Notes: generated by a model from the sequence alone, not told the origin. 64,000 nt of DNA from an uncultured Desulfobacter sp. (GCA_963665095.1 OY762069.1:64001-128000); one strand, 5' to 3'. Positions 51,675 to 61,507 are shown, counted from the stretch's first letter. Made by a program: numbers and translations.

Positions 51675-53803
51675 GCCAGGTAGCCGGGGACCGTTACCGG
51701 TCCCAAGCCCCTTAAGAACCGGACGTGAGACTTTCACCTCATCCGGCTCAAGCATTGATAAGGCGTGTTGCCACACCCAACAGTTGTCTTCGTTTCCAAC
51801 GAGCTTTGAGATAGTCGGCCCATGCAGGATCGTACGGGTTAACATTCGCTCTAATCTTGATATGTCTGGTAAGCCGGGTCGCGCCTAGTAAAATCAGGGG
51901 TTCGGGATTACCTTTTTCCATGAATCGCCAGTCTCGACCTTTGATTCTCCGGTAATACTTGTTTTTAACCCATCCTTTAGATTTCTTTGGATGCCTTCGC
52001 CTGGCCCATTGCCATGTCATTTGCCAAAATGCATGGTCCAAATCCCCAAACACCTTCCGGCTTACGACGTGTTTGTAATAATTTGCCCAACCGCGTATGA
52101 TACTATTCAGTTTGGCAATAACAACATCGGTTCGCAGGGTTTTATTGGCATGCAGATAGTCTCTGACTTTCGCTTTTATGCGTTTAATGCTGGATTTTGA
52201 AGGTTTTATCAGAAGTTTGCCTTTGTATTTTCTGACATTGAAGCCAAGGAAATCAAAGCCATCATCAATATGTGTGATAATGGTTTTCTCTTTTGATAGT
52301 TCAAGTCCCCTTATTTTAAGGAACTCTTCGATCAAAGGCTTGACTTTATGTTTGAGCATTTCCGGAGAACGGCCCGTTACAATGAAATCATCAGCACACC
52401 TGACAAAATGAATTTTGTCAGGCTTCTTGAAGTTATCATCAAGGAGGGGCTGGATACCGTCAAGAGCCATATTGGCAAGCGTCGGTGAAATTATTCCACC
52501 CTGTGGAGTCCCTTCATTTGTCGAATTAAATATATGTTTCTCAAGATAACCGCACTTGAGCCATTGTTTTAATTTCTTCTTGTTCATGGGAATGTTTTCA
52601 TCCAACCATTTATGATCGATAAAATCAAAACAGCCTTTGATATCTGCCTCTAAAATCCAGTCAGCACTACCTTTCCGTCTTAACGCATTGTAAATCGCTC
52701 CTATGGCATCCTGGGCCGAGCGGACTTTCCTGAATCCATAGGAATGATGATCCGCTGTGGATTCAGATACCGGATCAAGCCCTAATAAATCAAGGGCCTG
52801 TTCCACCCGGTCATGCATGGCCGGTATGCCTAATGGTCGTTTCTTACCATTTTTCTTTGGGATATAAATACGTTTCAGCGGCTTAGCCTTATATTCGGGA
52901 AGATTAAGATTCTTGAGCGTTTCCCATCGCTTCCGAGGTGTATCAATTAACATATTGTCAACACCTGGGGTTCGTTTTCCACTATTGGATATTACCCGTT
53001 TGATAGCAATAAGTTTTGCCGCAAGCGAGTTGGACAGCAGCCTTTGAAGGCCGCGTACCTTTTGTTTTAATCCTTGCTTAACTGCCTTCACGATACGCGC
53101 TTGTATACGGAATACTGTCTGTCTGTGCTTATCCCAGTCAATGAGATCCCACACATTCTTCAAGCCCATACGGCCGTCAACATCATGTAATGATATCATC
53201 CATCCACACCAGTATAGTTATTCCGTTCAAATCATTTCCCGTGATTCAACACCGTGCCGGAAGTCTGCACACTTTCGTGTCCGGGCAAATTTTGAACCCG
53301 TATCTGATCCATTACAGAACAGCATTCGCTTTCTCCAGCGTTCCTCTACCCGCATCCCCATAGGCCACCCTTGCGGCTGGCTGTCCTTACGGGGAAGGAG
53401 AGATACGGGCTTACCAAGTTCCACTTTCAACACACAATGGGTTAGCGTCTGTCTATCCGCCGGAGGGATCATTGATTACGTGAAGCAACTACGGAATACT
53501 CCAACCATACCTCTTGCCTTTTGGCCCAGGCCTGTCAGCATCTTTGGCCTGTCAAACATAACGACGTTTATTAACAGTTCACATATGTTACGCATACCAT
53601 CGTTCCTAGCTCCCATCCGGGTTGATGCTCCCAGAGTTGAGGTCCTCTTACGATTATCTCTTCCGGCCATAGGCCAAGGGCTTCATTGTCATCCGGGCTT
53701 CACACAAAAACATTACTGCTAGTGCATGCCGGAGTAGAAAACTGCCGGTAATACGGCAGGTTGGGGCGAGCCCAACATTATTAAAAGCGACTTCTTGTCG
53801 CAA
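51675..53803 (-). mobile_element. Group II intron, full length, IIB-type (has EBS2)
   Basis: 5' TTGCGACAAGAAG; domain V GAGCCGGATGAGGTGAAAGTCTCACGTCCGGTTC; domain VI ending CTACCTGGC; EBS1 at 53489-53494 and EBS2 at 53554-53560 match the 5' exon. Confidence 0.92.
51748..53199 (-). CDS. ltrA: Group II intron reverse transcriptase/maturase, no HNH domain
   Basis: RPLGIP, DIKGCFD, GTPQGGIISP, RCADDF, FDFLGF, IRGWANYY. Confidence 0.93.
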   Translation of the reverse strand: MISLHDVDGRMGLKNVWDLIDWDKHRQTVFRIQARIVKAVKQGLKQKVRGLQRLLSNSLAAKLIAIKRVISNSGKRTPGVDNMLIDTPRKRWETLKNLNLPEYKAKPLKRIYIPKKNGKKRPLGIPAMHDRVEQALDLLGLDPVSESTADHHSYGFRKVRSAQDAIGAIYNALRRKGSADWILEADIKGCFDFIDHKWLDENIPMNKKKLKQWLKCGYLEKHIFNSTNEGTPQGGIISPTLANMALDGIQPLLDDNFKKPDKIHFVRCADDFIVTGRSPEMLKHKVKPLIEEFLKIRGLELSKEKTIITHIDDGFDFLGFNVRKYKGKLLIKPSKSSIKRIKAKVRDYLHANKTLRTDVVIAKLNSIIRGWANYYKHVVSRKVFGDLDHAFWQMTWQWARRRHPKKSKGWVKNKYYRRIKGRDWRFMEKGNPEPLILLGATRLTRHIKIRANVNPYDPAWADYLKARWKRRQLLGVATRLINA

Positions 53804-53965
53804 CCGTAGTATGTTTTTGTTAGGGGAATCTCAATTCTTATTCATTTTTGTGTTTAATCAATTCAACAGCTGTTGCATATCTTCAATAACAACCAGTAGT
53901 TGCCCTCATCCTGAACAATCCCAACCCCACCTTGATACACCTGGAAAACTTAATTAATTTTATAA

Positions 53966-54225
53966 GTGTGTAATGGCCAACAGGCAATAAGCAATATTAA
54001 TGTTTACAAACCGCGTACCCCCAAAGAAAGCGCATATTACAAGCGTGTTGAGAATCATTTTGAAGAGTTGGAACGGGTGTGGGATGATATGTATACCCCC
54101 CGATACGGCTATTGGCGAACATACGTCATGACCGTAATTTACAGATATCTCGATTGTGGAAATCTTCATATGGGGTTTGCCAGGGTCCGCTGTGAAGAAT
54201 GCGGCCATGAGTACCTCCTGGCATT
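53966..54225 (+). pseudogene. IS91-family transposase zinc-binding N-terminal fragment
   Basis: YKPRTP...YRYLDCGNLHMGFARVRCEECGHEYLLA then unrelated sequence. Confidence 0.75.
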
Positions 54226-54435
54226 AGCATGTCGTTCAAACTACACCTCCTTTTGTTATGGCATATTGAAAAATCGAATGCCGGGCTGTGTCGCTAATTG
54301 CCACAACCGCCGGGTGCTTGAGTATACACTCCACACAGATGGCGTAAAATTTTTCTTTAATGTTGTCATACCTGCTGATAACCTCTACCTGGTACTGGGT
54401 TTCCATAGGACGAGGAATAGCGTTTACCCGTTACC

Positions 54436-54735
54436 ATGAAAAACCTTTCCCTGTATGGGTCTCTTTCCTACAACAGGTTCTACTTTGCCCAGGACATTGA
54501 TAACGCCTCCGGCGGCAAGGTTTCCGTTGACGGCCAACAGGTACCGGGTGCGCCGAAGTTTCTCGCCAAGGGGATTGTCAGTTATACAATCGGGGATTTC
54601 ACCCTGTCTCCCAGTGTAAAATACTTTTTCGAGAGATACGGCGATGTCCTTCATCGGGAGCGGATTGATGATGCGGTGATTTACGATTTCGACCTGAGCT
54701 ATGCAACGACCCTGCCTCGGTTCAAGATCAAGAAA
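54436..54735 (+). pseudogene. TonB-dependent receptor barrel fragment
   Basis: NLSLYGSLSYN...VPGAPKFLAKG...YDFDLSY; no N-terminus and no terminal strand. Confidence 0.65.
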
Positions 54736-54793
54736 GCCGTCTCAAAACCTGTTGCCGATAATTTTTTCTGCTGGCCGTTTTTCAGGCGGCAGC

Positions 54794-55807
54794 CTAACCT
54801 GTAGCGCTTTTATAGATTACGGCTTTTCTATATTCGGAAGGCCTGAGTCCGTACGCTTTGAAAAAAGACGCTGCAAAATGACTTGAGCTGCAAAATCCTG
54901 ATTCATATGCAATTCGGGTCAGATCATCAGGATTTTTCTCGATCAGCTTACGGGCATAAGACAACCGCTTTTTTCGAAGGTATTCAAATACCGTACATCC
55001 GAAAACCGTCTTAAACCCTCTGGTAAGCCAGACGTGGCTCATCCCCACCATCGCGGCCAGTTCTTTGAGTGACGGCGGGGTTAAAAGCCTGCCGTCAAGT
55101 ATGTCCCTGGCCCTGTAAATCTGTTCTCGTTTTTCATGGCTCATTTGGGTGTATTTCTGATCAGGGCAGCCTTGATATACCTGCTCCAATTTTAGGGCAA
55201 TGAGTTCAAGCGCCTTGCTTTCCAGGTAGATTTTGCCGATTCTTCCCCTGTGCGCATTACTCTGAACCTGCAGAAAAGCCGTTGCCATCTCAGGCGTCAT
55301 GATGTGATTTACGTAGAAACAAGAGGAGGAGAGAGCTGTTTCCAGAACGTTATGGAATGGCCCGTCCGGCTGCTGGACAGAGGCGAGCAACTGGGCCAGG
55401 TAATCAGGGGGAACACCTATGGAAAGCGTCAGCATTTCCTGTTCTCCCGGTATGATCCGTTCGTATACAGGATCTTTTGAAAAATAGATGGACGCAAAGC
55501 CCGGCGCCAAGACCAGAGAATCAGAGTGGCAGGAATTTCGGGAAAGCGTTTGTCCCTTAATGCTGAAGACAAAATAAAACAGCGGGCCTGGCGATGCAAC
55601 TTCAGCGGTATAATCGCGATTAAATCGGCCTGAGCACATTCCCATGCCCAGGCCGTCTCCTAGCGAGACGCTTACAAAGCGGCCTGTACCGATCTGTTCC
55701 GGCAGGGGGCGGATGCGTTGGTAGGATTTTGCATAATCGTCATCAGGGACAGACGCGTTGAACCGGATATGGTTTCCGCTTTTGTCTTTGATCAGAACCC
55801 GGGGCAA
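54794..55807 (-). CDS. AraC family transcriptional regulator (PchR-like)
   Basis: YLESKALELI, PPSLKELA, SGFCSSSHFAASF; TTG start with AGGAG. Confidence 0.9.
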   Translation of the reverse strand: MPRVLIKDKSGNHIRFNASVPDDDYAKSYQRIRPLPEQIGTGRFVSVSLGDGLGMGMCSGRFNRDYTAEVASPGPLFYFVFSIKGQTLSRNSCHSDSLVLAPGFASIYFSKDPVYERIIPGEQEMLTLSIGVPPDYLAQLLASVQQPDGPFHNVLETALSSSCFYVNHIMTPEMATAFLQVQSNAHRGRIGKIYLESKALELIALKLEQVYQGCPDQKYTQMSHEKREQIYRARDILDGRLLTPPSLKELAAMVGMSHVWLTRGFKTVFGCTVFEYLRKKRLSYARKLIEKNPDDLTRIAYESGFCSSSHFAASFFKAYGLRPSEYRKAVIYKSATG

Positions 55808-55980
55808 GACGGAAATCTCCTAAACAACCGGATCATGGCAACCGGCCATGCTGTTTTTTCCCGGGAGAAACCGCTGAGATCTTTCATATAACGGCCATGG
55901 GCCGACCTGGTCTGTCGCGTCAGGTTTGCCCACAACAAATCATGTAAGAATTCAATCCGTTTATCTGATTCTTTCATATA

Positions 55981-56019
55981 AAAAAAATCCCGAACCTATT
56001 TTTACAATAGATTTGGGAT
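55981..56019 (-). terminator. Riboswitch expression-platform terminator
   Basis: ATCCCAAATCTATT...AATAGGTTCGGGAT followed by T run. Confidence 0.7.
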
Positions 56020-56084
56020 GTCCCTTTTTTATCCGCAGAATCTGCTGGCGTATCCCTGCCACGGGTATGCGCCGGTTTCAAAGG

Positions 56085-56245
56085 CTATGGCAGGTCTTCT
56101 GACTTCCGGATCATCCTAATCTGCCGCGCCTTCCCGTCCTTAAACAGTGGCATTTTGCGGTGTTCGTCCCCGGTTACAGCGGCGGGCCCATCCCTGATTC
56201 TCACAGGGTTCCCTGTTCGGCTTTAAACAGCACCATCACCTGTAT
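56085..56245 (-). ncRNA. Cobalamin riboswitch
   Basis: GGTG...AGGGAA...GTGAGAATC...GCCCGCCGCTGTAA...GCCACTG...GGGAAGG...AGTCAGAAGACCTGCC. Confidence 0.93.
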
Positions 56246-56364
56246 GATTTATGAGCCATCAGATATATCCGTAAACTGCGGATACTGTCAAGTGATTTGT
56301 TAACTATTTGAATTAGTTGAAAAAATTAAATAAGTTGCAACGGAAAATCATTTTTCTTGACATT

Positions 56365-56927
56365 AACGTATGGATACCATACTTATACCTTGAAAGGACA
56401 ACCATTATGCACAAAATAGCCAGAAAATACCTCCTGCTGTTTGAAAAGATTTCCAACACGAGCCGTCAGTCCAAATCCTTTGATACGGACGTTGACATAT
56501 ACCGCAGCGAGATCCATATCATCCAGTTGATCGGGGAGCGCTCGGAACTCTATATCTCAGAGATCTCCAAACTCATCGGCGTGACCAAGGGAACGGTTTC
56601 ACAGATTGTCAAACGGCTTGAGGTAAAGGGGTTGGTAAGGAAAAAAAAGGATGCAGCCAACAATACCCGCCAGCTGGTGTGGTTGACCGACAAGGGGCAG
56701 ACGGCCTATAAGGCTCACAACCGTTACCACCATGAGCAGCACGCTGAAATGGAGAACTATCTGAGTTCTTTGGATGCCGCGCAGATTGAGGCGCTTGAAA
56801 CCTTTCTCAATCTTGCCCAGGAAATCATAGAAGACCATATTTAAGTAGTCCCCTTTTTTTTTATTTCAAACGTATGGATACCATATGTTTGTTCTTTTTT
56901 GTTTTTAATGTATGGACACCATACGTT
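56365..56927. promoter_or_regulatory. Three palindromic operators GTATGG-N3-CCATAY (56365, 56869, 56907), likely MarR boxes
   Basis: AACGTATGGATACCATACTT, AACGTATGGATACCATATGTT, AATGTATGGACACCATACGTT; the first follows TTGACA. Confidence 0.75.
56407..56844 (+). CDS. MarR family transcriptional regulator
   Basis: GVTKGTVSQIVKRLEVKGLV...LTDKG. Confidence 0.9.
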   Translation: MHKIARKYLLLFEKISNTSRQSKSFDTDVDIYRSEIHIIQLIGERSELYISEISKLIGVTKGTVSQIVKRLEVKGLVRKKKDAANNTRQLVWLTDKGQTAYKAHNRYHHEQHAEMENYLSSLDAAQIEALETFLNLAQEIIEDHI

Positions 56928-56946
56928 AACTATTAAGGAGTTTAAT

Positions 56947-58134
56947 ATGAGATTGGAAAATAGAATCATCTGGACCGCAGCCTTGATCCAGCTGGTCAAC
57001 ATCATAGATTTCATGATGGTCATGCCTCTGGGGCCGGACATGGCGGCAAGTCTGCCGGTCACCAACGCCGATATCGGCATCATCTGCGGATGCTATACTC
57101 TATCCGTTGGTTTTTCCGGAATCGTTGCCGCCAAGTTCCTGGATGCATTTGACAGGAAAACCGCCGCCATTGTGGCTGTGGCAGGCTTGTCCCTGGGCAC
57201 GCTCAGCGCAGCCTTTGCCGGCAACCTGATCTCACTGATCGGAGCCCGGGTGCTGGCCGGAATTTTTGGAGGCCCGGCCGCAGCGATTTCCCTTTCCATG
57301 GTCACCGACACCGTTCCCCCGGAACGGCGGGGCAGAGCCATGGCCATTGTCATGGGAACATTTTCGGTTTCCTCTGTTGCCGCCATCCCCTTTGGGCTGG
57401 AGCTTGCCCGGAGGGGATCGTGGAAAACACCGTTTTACGGTATCTTCATACTCGGCTGCATTGTACTGGCGATTCTCTGGTTTTCGACACCTCAGATGAA
57501 AGCGCACCTGAACGGAAAAAAAGAACCGGTCCTGTTTCGAAATTTCCTGGGCAAGCCCCACTATCTTTTTGCCCTTGGCCTGCTGCTGACCGCAATGATC
57601 TCGACTTATTCGATCATTCCAAGTCTTTCGGCCTTTCTTCAGTTGAACCTGGGGTATCCACGGGAATCCCTCGGGTTTCTTTACCTGGTCGGCGGTGTGA
57701 GCAGCCTGGTTCTCATCCAGATCGGCGGCAGGTCTTCAGACGCCATCGGCCCTGTTCCAACCAATGTCGTCGGGACCGTTTTTTACGTTCTTTTTCTGTA
57801 TGACGGTTTTATCCACACCCCGGTTTCCCCGGTGATGCTGGTCTTTGTCATGTTCATGGGAACCGCCTGCTTCAGGAATGTATCCGCAACCACCGAGGCG
57901 TCCCAACTTCCCCTGCCACACGAACGGGCCGCATTCATGTCTCTTTTGACCTCGATGCAGCACATCGGCAACGGCATCGGAGCTCTGTCCGCATCCGCCA
58001 TTTTAACGACAGATCAAAAAGGACAGCTGCTGCACATGGAATGGGTGGGCGTTCTGGCCATTGTCATGGCATTGTTTCAGCCGCTGCTCCTGATCCTCAT
58101 ACGCAGATCAAAAAGAACAGAACCGTTTAACTAA
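56947..58134 (+). CDS. MFS transporter
   Basis: DAFDRK, RVLAGIFGG, VPPERRGRAM; ~12 TM helices; RBS AAGGAG. Confidence 0.92.
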   Translation: MRLENRIIWTAALIQLVNIIDFMMVMPLGPDMAASLPVTNADIGIICGCYTLSVGFSGIVAAKFLDAFDRKTAAIVAVAGLSLGTLSAAFAGNLISLIGARVLAGIFGGPAAAISLSMVTDTVPPERRGRAMAIVMGTFSVSSVAAIPFGLELARRGSWKTPFYGIFILGCIVLAILWFSTPQMKAHLNGKKEPVLFRNFLGKPHYLFALGLLLTAMISTYSIIPSLSAFLQLNLGYPRESLGFLYLVGGVSSLVLIQIGGRSSDAIGPVPTNVVGTVFYVLFLYDGFIHTPVSPVMLVFVMFMGTACFRNVSATTEASQLPLPHERAAFMSLLTSMQHIGNGIGALSASAILTTDQKGQLLHMEWVGVLAIVMALFQPLLLILIRRSKRTEPFN

Positions 58135-58156
58135 GCAAAATATAAGGAAAATAATA

Positions 58157-59185
58157 ATGGAAAAACACGACAGTTTAGATGCAAATAAAATCATAAACAC
58201 AGGGCATTCTGAGTCCCGCGATAGCTTCGGTGAAGTACGGGCCGTAAACATCCGCTGCATATCTGAAACCGGCTGGTTTGACAACACTATCCTGGCAAAT
58301 GATGTGGCTGCGGCCGGCGGGGTGAGGACCAGCCAATACAACATCGCCTATACTAATGATAATCTTGGCGGCTATGCCGCCCTGGTTGAGGTCGAAGCCC
58401 TGGACGGGGAAAAGACCCTTTACCTTCTGGACAGCGGCTGGAGTACGGACTGGATGGATCATGCCTTTGCCAAAGCCGGCGTGGACAGGCTACTTGCAGA
58501 CCAGAAGATCCGGACCATGGTGATCTCCCATGACCACAACGATCATTTTTTCGGCATTGAAAGCACCCTGAGGCATTCCCGGGACCTTAAATTGTATTTT
58601 CCCTCCACGGCAATGCCTCAAAGCGTTGCACTGCTTGACGGGGCGGATTTTTCCGGCACGCCGGGCTGCCCCAAAAACAAGTTCCCCCATACCGGCGAAC
58701 GGATCATTACAGAGCCGGATACCCTTTATACCCTTCAGGACGGGGTCGCCCTTGCCTTTTTTGATATGCCCATCACCCTGGGGGTACGGGGGGAGAATGT
58801 CATGTATATAAAAGTTCAAGACAAGGGGTATGTCATCATCACGGGCTGCGGCCATCCCGGCATCCTGAACATCATCAATTATGCCCGCACCCGCCTGAAG
58901 GACGGGGAGCATCTGTACGGCTGCTACGGCGGCCTGCACATTGATCCATTTGAACAATGGGGCCCTGGCACAGACGATATCCTTGCCGGGATCAGCCGAT
59001 GCGGCATGAAAAAAATCGCCTGCAACCACTGTACCGGACGGCTCTGGGCGCAGAAAGCCATTGAAGCCGGTCTGCCTATTGTCAAGGGGTCAGATGCGTT
59101 CCTCTCATATAAGAGGGTGGCAACCCAGGCAGGCGACGGCAGTTCAAACCTTTATGCCGGAAACGGGGACATGGTCTCTTTCTGA
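58157..59185 (+). CDS. MBL-fold metallo-hydrolase
   Basis: LLDSG, SHDHNDH, TGCGHPG, GGLH, NHCTG. Confidence 0.88.
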   Translation: MEKHDSLDANKIINTGHSESRDSFGEVRAVNIRCISETGWFDNTILANDVAAAGGVRTSQYNIAYTNDNLGGYAALVEVEALDGEKTLYLLDSGWSTDWMDHAFAKAGVDRLLADQKIRTMVISHDHNDHFFGIESTLRHSRDLKLYFPSTAMPQSVALLDGADFSGTPGCPKNKFPHTGERIITEPDTLYTLQDGVALAFFDMPITLGVRGENVMYIKVQDKGYVIITGCGHPGILNIINYARTRLKDGEHLYGCYGGLHIDPFEQWGPGTDDILAGISRCGMKKIACNHCTGRLWAQKAIEAGLPIVKGSDAFLSYKRVATQAGDGSSNLYAGNGDMVSF

Positions 59186-59359
59186 TGCATCCGGAGCTTT
59201 TTTTGTCTCTGGATTTGTTTCCTTAAATGCTCTGCCTGTTTTCTTCGATGATATTTTTTTAAAAAAAAATGTGTGAGAATCCCCCCTGTTTAATTAGGCT
59301 GTTGCCGCGGTGAAGACCGCCAAAAACGAAAAAATGAATCAAACGAAAAGCACCCGTCT

Positions 59360-60418
59360 ATGGAAAAATTCGGAAAAAGCATGATGAAACACCTTCCCCA
59401 CACTGATATCCCGTATCCGTCAATGGTGCCCTTATTTGACCTTTTGGTTGCCCCGGTCAAATGGGCCGTTCTTGAACATGCAATGGCGCTGGGCCTGGCC
59501 GATATTCTTGCCGATACCTCCAGCGTGGATGAGATCGCCGCAAGGCTCGGCGTTCAGAACGGTACAACCGCCCTGGTCTACTTTCTGGACGCCATGGCGG
59601 CCCTCGGCCTGGCGGAAAAGAAGAACAATACATACCGCAATACTGAATTCGGAACACATTTTTTATGCCGGAAGAGCCCGGTTTACATGGGAGCGCTTTT
59701 GGCCAACATGAAAGCCATGCAGCACAAAAACCTGTCACGCTTTTCAGACATTGTAAAAAACGGGTTGCCCGAGGCGTCCCGGTCAGAGTCCCTGTGCACC
59801 GAAAAAAGGTGGGAACAGGCCATTGCCCATCTGGCAGCCTATCAGAAGGCCGGCATGGGAATGCTATGCGCAGATCTTGTGGAACAGCTGCCGGAACATA
59901 AGCGTATCAGAAAAATCCTTGACCTTGGCGGCGGACCAGGCCTGATCGGAGCGGAAATCCTTCGCCGGATCCCAAAGGCAGAAGGCGTGCTTATGGATCT
60001 GCCGGCCATTATCCGACTGGCTGAGCAGGAAATAAAAAAAGAAGGAATGGATCACAGGATATCCACCATTGCCGGCGATTACAATGAAACCGGCCTGGGC
60101 TGCGGCTATGACCTAGTCTGGGCCAGCCACAATCTGTACTTTGTAAAGGAGCGTATTCCTTTTTTTCGCCGGGTCAGGCAATCGCTTACCGAAAGCGGTG
60201 TCTTTGCCTGCCTGCATGAAGGGTTGACCCAAGAGCGGACAACTCCGGCAAATATCATCCTGATGCGGCTTTCCCTGGCCCTGGAAGGACAGGCTTTTTC
60301 CTTTGCACAGGGGGAAATTGCCTCCGGCCTCAGGCAGGCGGGGTTTGTGCGCGTGGAATCCACCCCGGTCGACTTGCCCGTCGGCCCGGGCGAATTGGTT
60401 GTTGCAAGGAAGAATTGA
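59360..60418 (+). CDS. SAM-dependent O-methyltransferase with dimerisation domain
   Basis: ILDLGGGPG, MDLP, AGDY. Confidence 0.9.
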   Translation: MEKFGKSMMKHLPHTDIPYPSMVPLFDLLVAPVKWAVLEHAMALGLADILADTSSVDEIAARLGVQNGTTALVYFLDAMAALGLAEKKNNTYRNTEFGTHFLCRKSPVYMGALLANMKAMQHKNLSRFSDIVKNGLPEASRSESLCTEKRWEQAIAHLAAYQKAGMGMLCADLVEQLPEHKRIRKILDLGGGPGLIGAEILRRIPKAEGVLMDLPAIIRLAEQEIKKEGMDHRISTIAGDYNETGLGCGYDLVWASHNLYFVKERIPFFRRVRQSLTESGVFACLHEGLTQERTTPANIILMRLSLALEGQAFSFAQGEIASGLRQAGFVRVESTPVDLPVGPGELVVARKN

Positions 60419-60421
60419 TAA

Positions 60422-61507
60422 ATGGAGAACAAAAGCATGAAAAAAAGAATCGTTGCCGCCTGCTGTCTTTTGGCAGGCCTGTTTTTGGTTTCACAAGGTC
60501 CTACGGCTGCCGTAGCGGACAAGGGCTTTCGCACCATCACCGATCTTCGGGGGAACAGGGTCGCATTGCCACAGGCAAAGGACCTTCACCGTGTGGTGAT
60601 TATTTCCCCGCCCCTGGTCTCGATTTTTGCCTCCCTTCACATCACCGGTGTAAAGATTGTCGGCGCACATAAGTTTGCTTTTGAAAACGCGAATAAGAAA
60701 CTGCTGGACCTGTTGTTGCCTGAGTGGCGGAACATTTCCACCGGATTTATTAGCGGGTTCACGTCCAATGCCGAAGAACTGCTCAAACTGAAGCCGGACG
60801 TCATCCTTGTCTACGGAAAATTCCAGCAGGAAGGGCTCCAGGGAATTCCTGTCCCCGTCCTGGACTTCTTCATTAAAAAACATGATGACGAAGTCTGGTC
60901 CGTATCTGTTGAGAACCTGATGCGGGAGATCTTTGCCGTCGATCCTGCAGCGCCTTCCCTGCAGGCGGAATGGGATCTTGCCAAGGAAACGGCGGCCACC
61001 CTTCTTGCAAAACGCAAAGGCCCCCGGAAAAAGGGCTTGATGATCATGAGCAACACAGGAGACAAAATAATGGTTCGGGGCAACAACCCCTCCGGCGACG
61101 ATTGGCTGACACCGAGCGGAATTGCCAATGCCGCTGGTCTGAAGGGCCTGAACCGGGAAGTTTCCATGGAACAATTTTACGCCTGGAACCCGGATGTTAT
61201 TTTTTCCTTCATGGGAATGCCTGCGTCAAGGTACATCAAGGGCGATATTCCCGGCCAGGACTGGCGCCACATCAAAGCTGTTCAGGACAGGGCCGTGTAT
61301 GACACGCCAAAGGGGCTCATGACCTGGGCCGCTCCCTGTACCGATTCGCCATTGGCGCTTCTCTGGATGGTCAGTAAAAATTATCCGGAACTTTTGAGCG
61401 AATCGGATTTTATTGACATGATGAAGGCCTTTTATTCCCGCAGGTGCGGTCTTGCGCTTTCCCGTGATCTCATTGATTCGATCCTTTATCCCCATGAAAG
61501 AGGATAG
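60422..61507 (+). CDS. Iron-complex/cobalamin-type ABC substrate-binding protein
   Basis: Signal peptide, NAEELLKLKPDV, VSMEQFYAWNPDVI, WRHIKAVQDRAVY. Confidence 0.88.
   Translation: MENKSMKKRIVAACCLLAGLFLVSQGPTAAVADKGFRTITDLRGNRVALPQAKDLHRVVIISPPLVSIFASLHITGVKIVGAHKFAFENANKKLLDLLLPEWRNISTGFISGFTSNAEELLKLKPDVILVYGKFQQEGLQGIPVPVLDFFIKKHDDEVWSVSVENLMREIFAVDPAAPSLQAEWDLAKETAATLLAKRKGPRKKGLMIMSNTGDKIMVRGNNPSGDDWLTPSGIANAAGLKGLNREVSMEQFYAWNPDVIFSFMGMPASRYIKGDIPGQDWRHIKAVQDRAVYDTPKGLMTWAAPCTDSPLALLWMVSKNYPELLSESDFIDMMKAFYSRRCGLALSRDLIDSILYPHERG

Larger units (their letters stand above)
51649..53825 (-). other. attC-like site (48 bp when rejoined) split by the group II intron
   Basis: Halves 51649-51674 and 53804-53825 rejoin to the same geometry and GGTTTATCC core as 48040-48087. 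Confidence 0.75.

Noticed and set aside
53141..53722. ORFs overlapping the intron 5' region
   Set aside because: They overlap structured intron RNA domains and carry no protein motifs
46763..54430. Integron integrase (intI) and attI
   Set aside because: No tyrosine recombinase ORF in the window, so the array is reported as integrase-less
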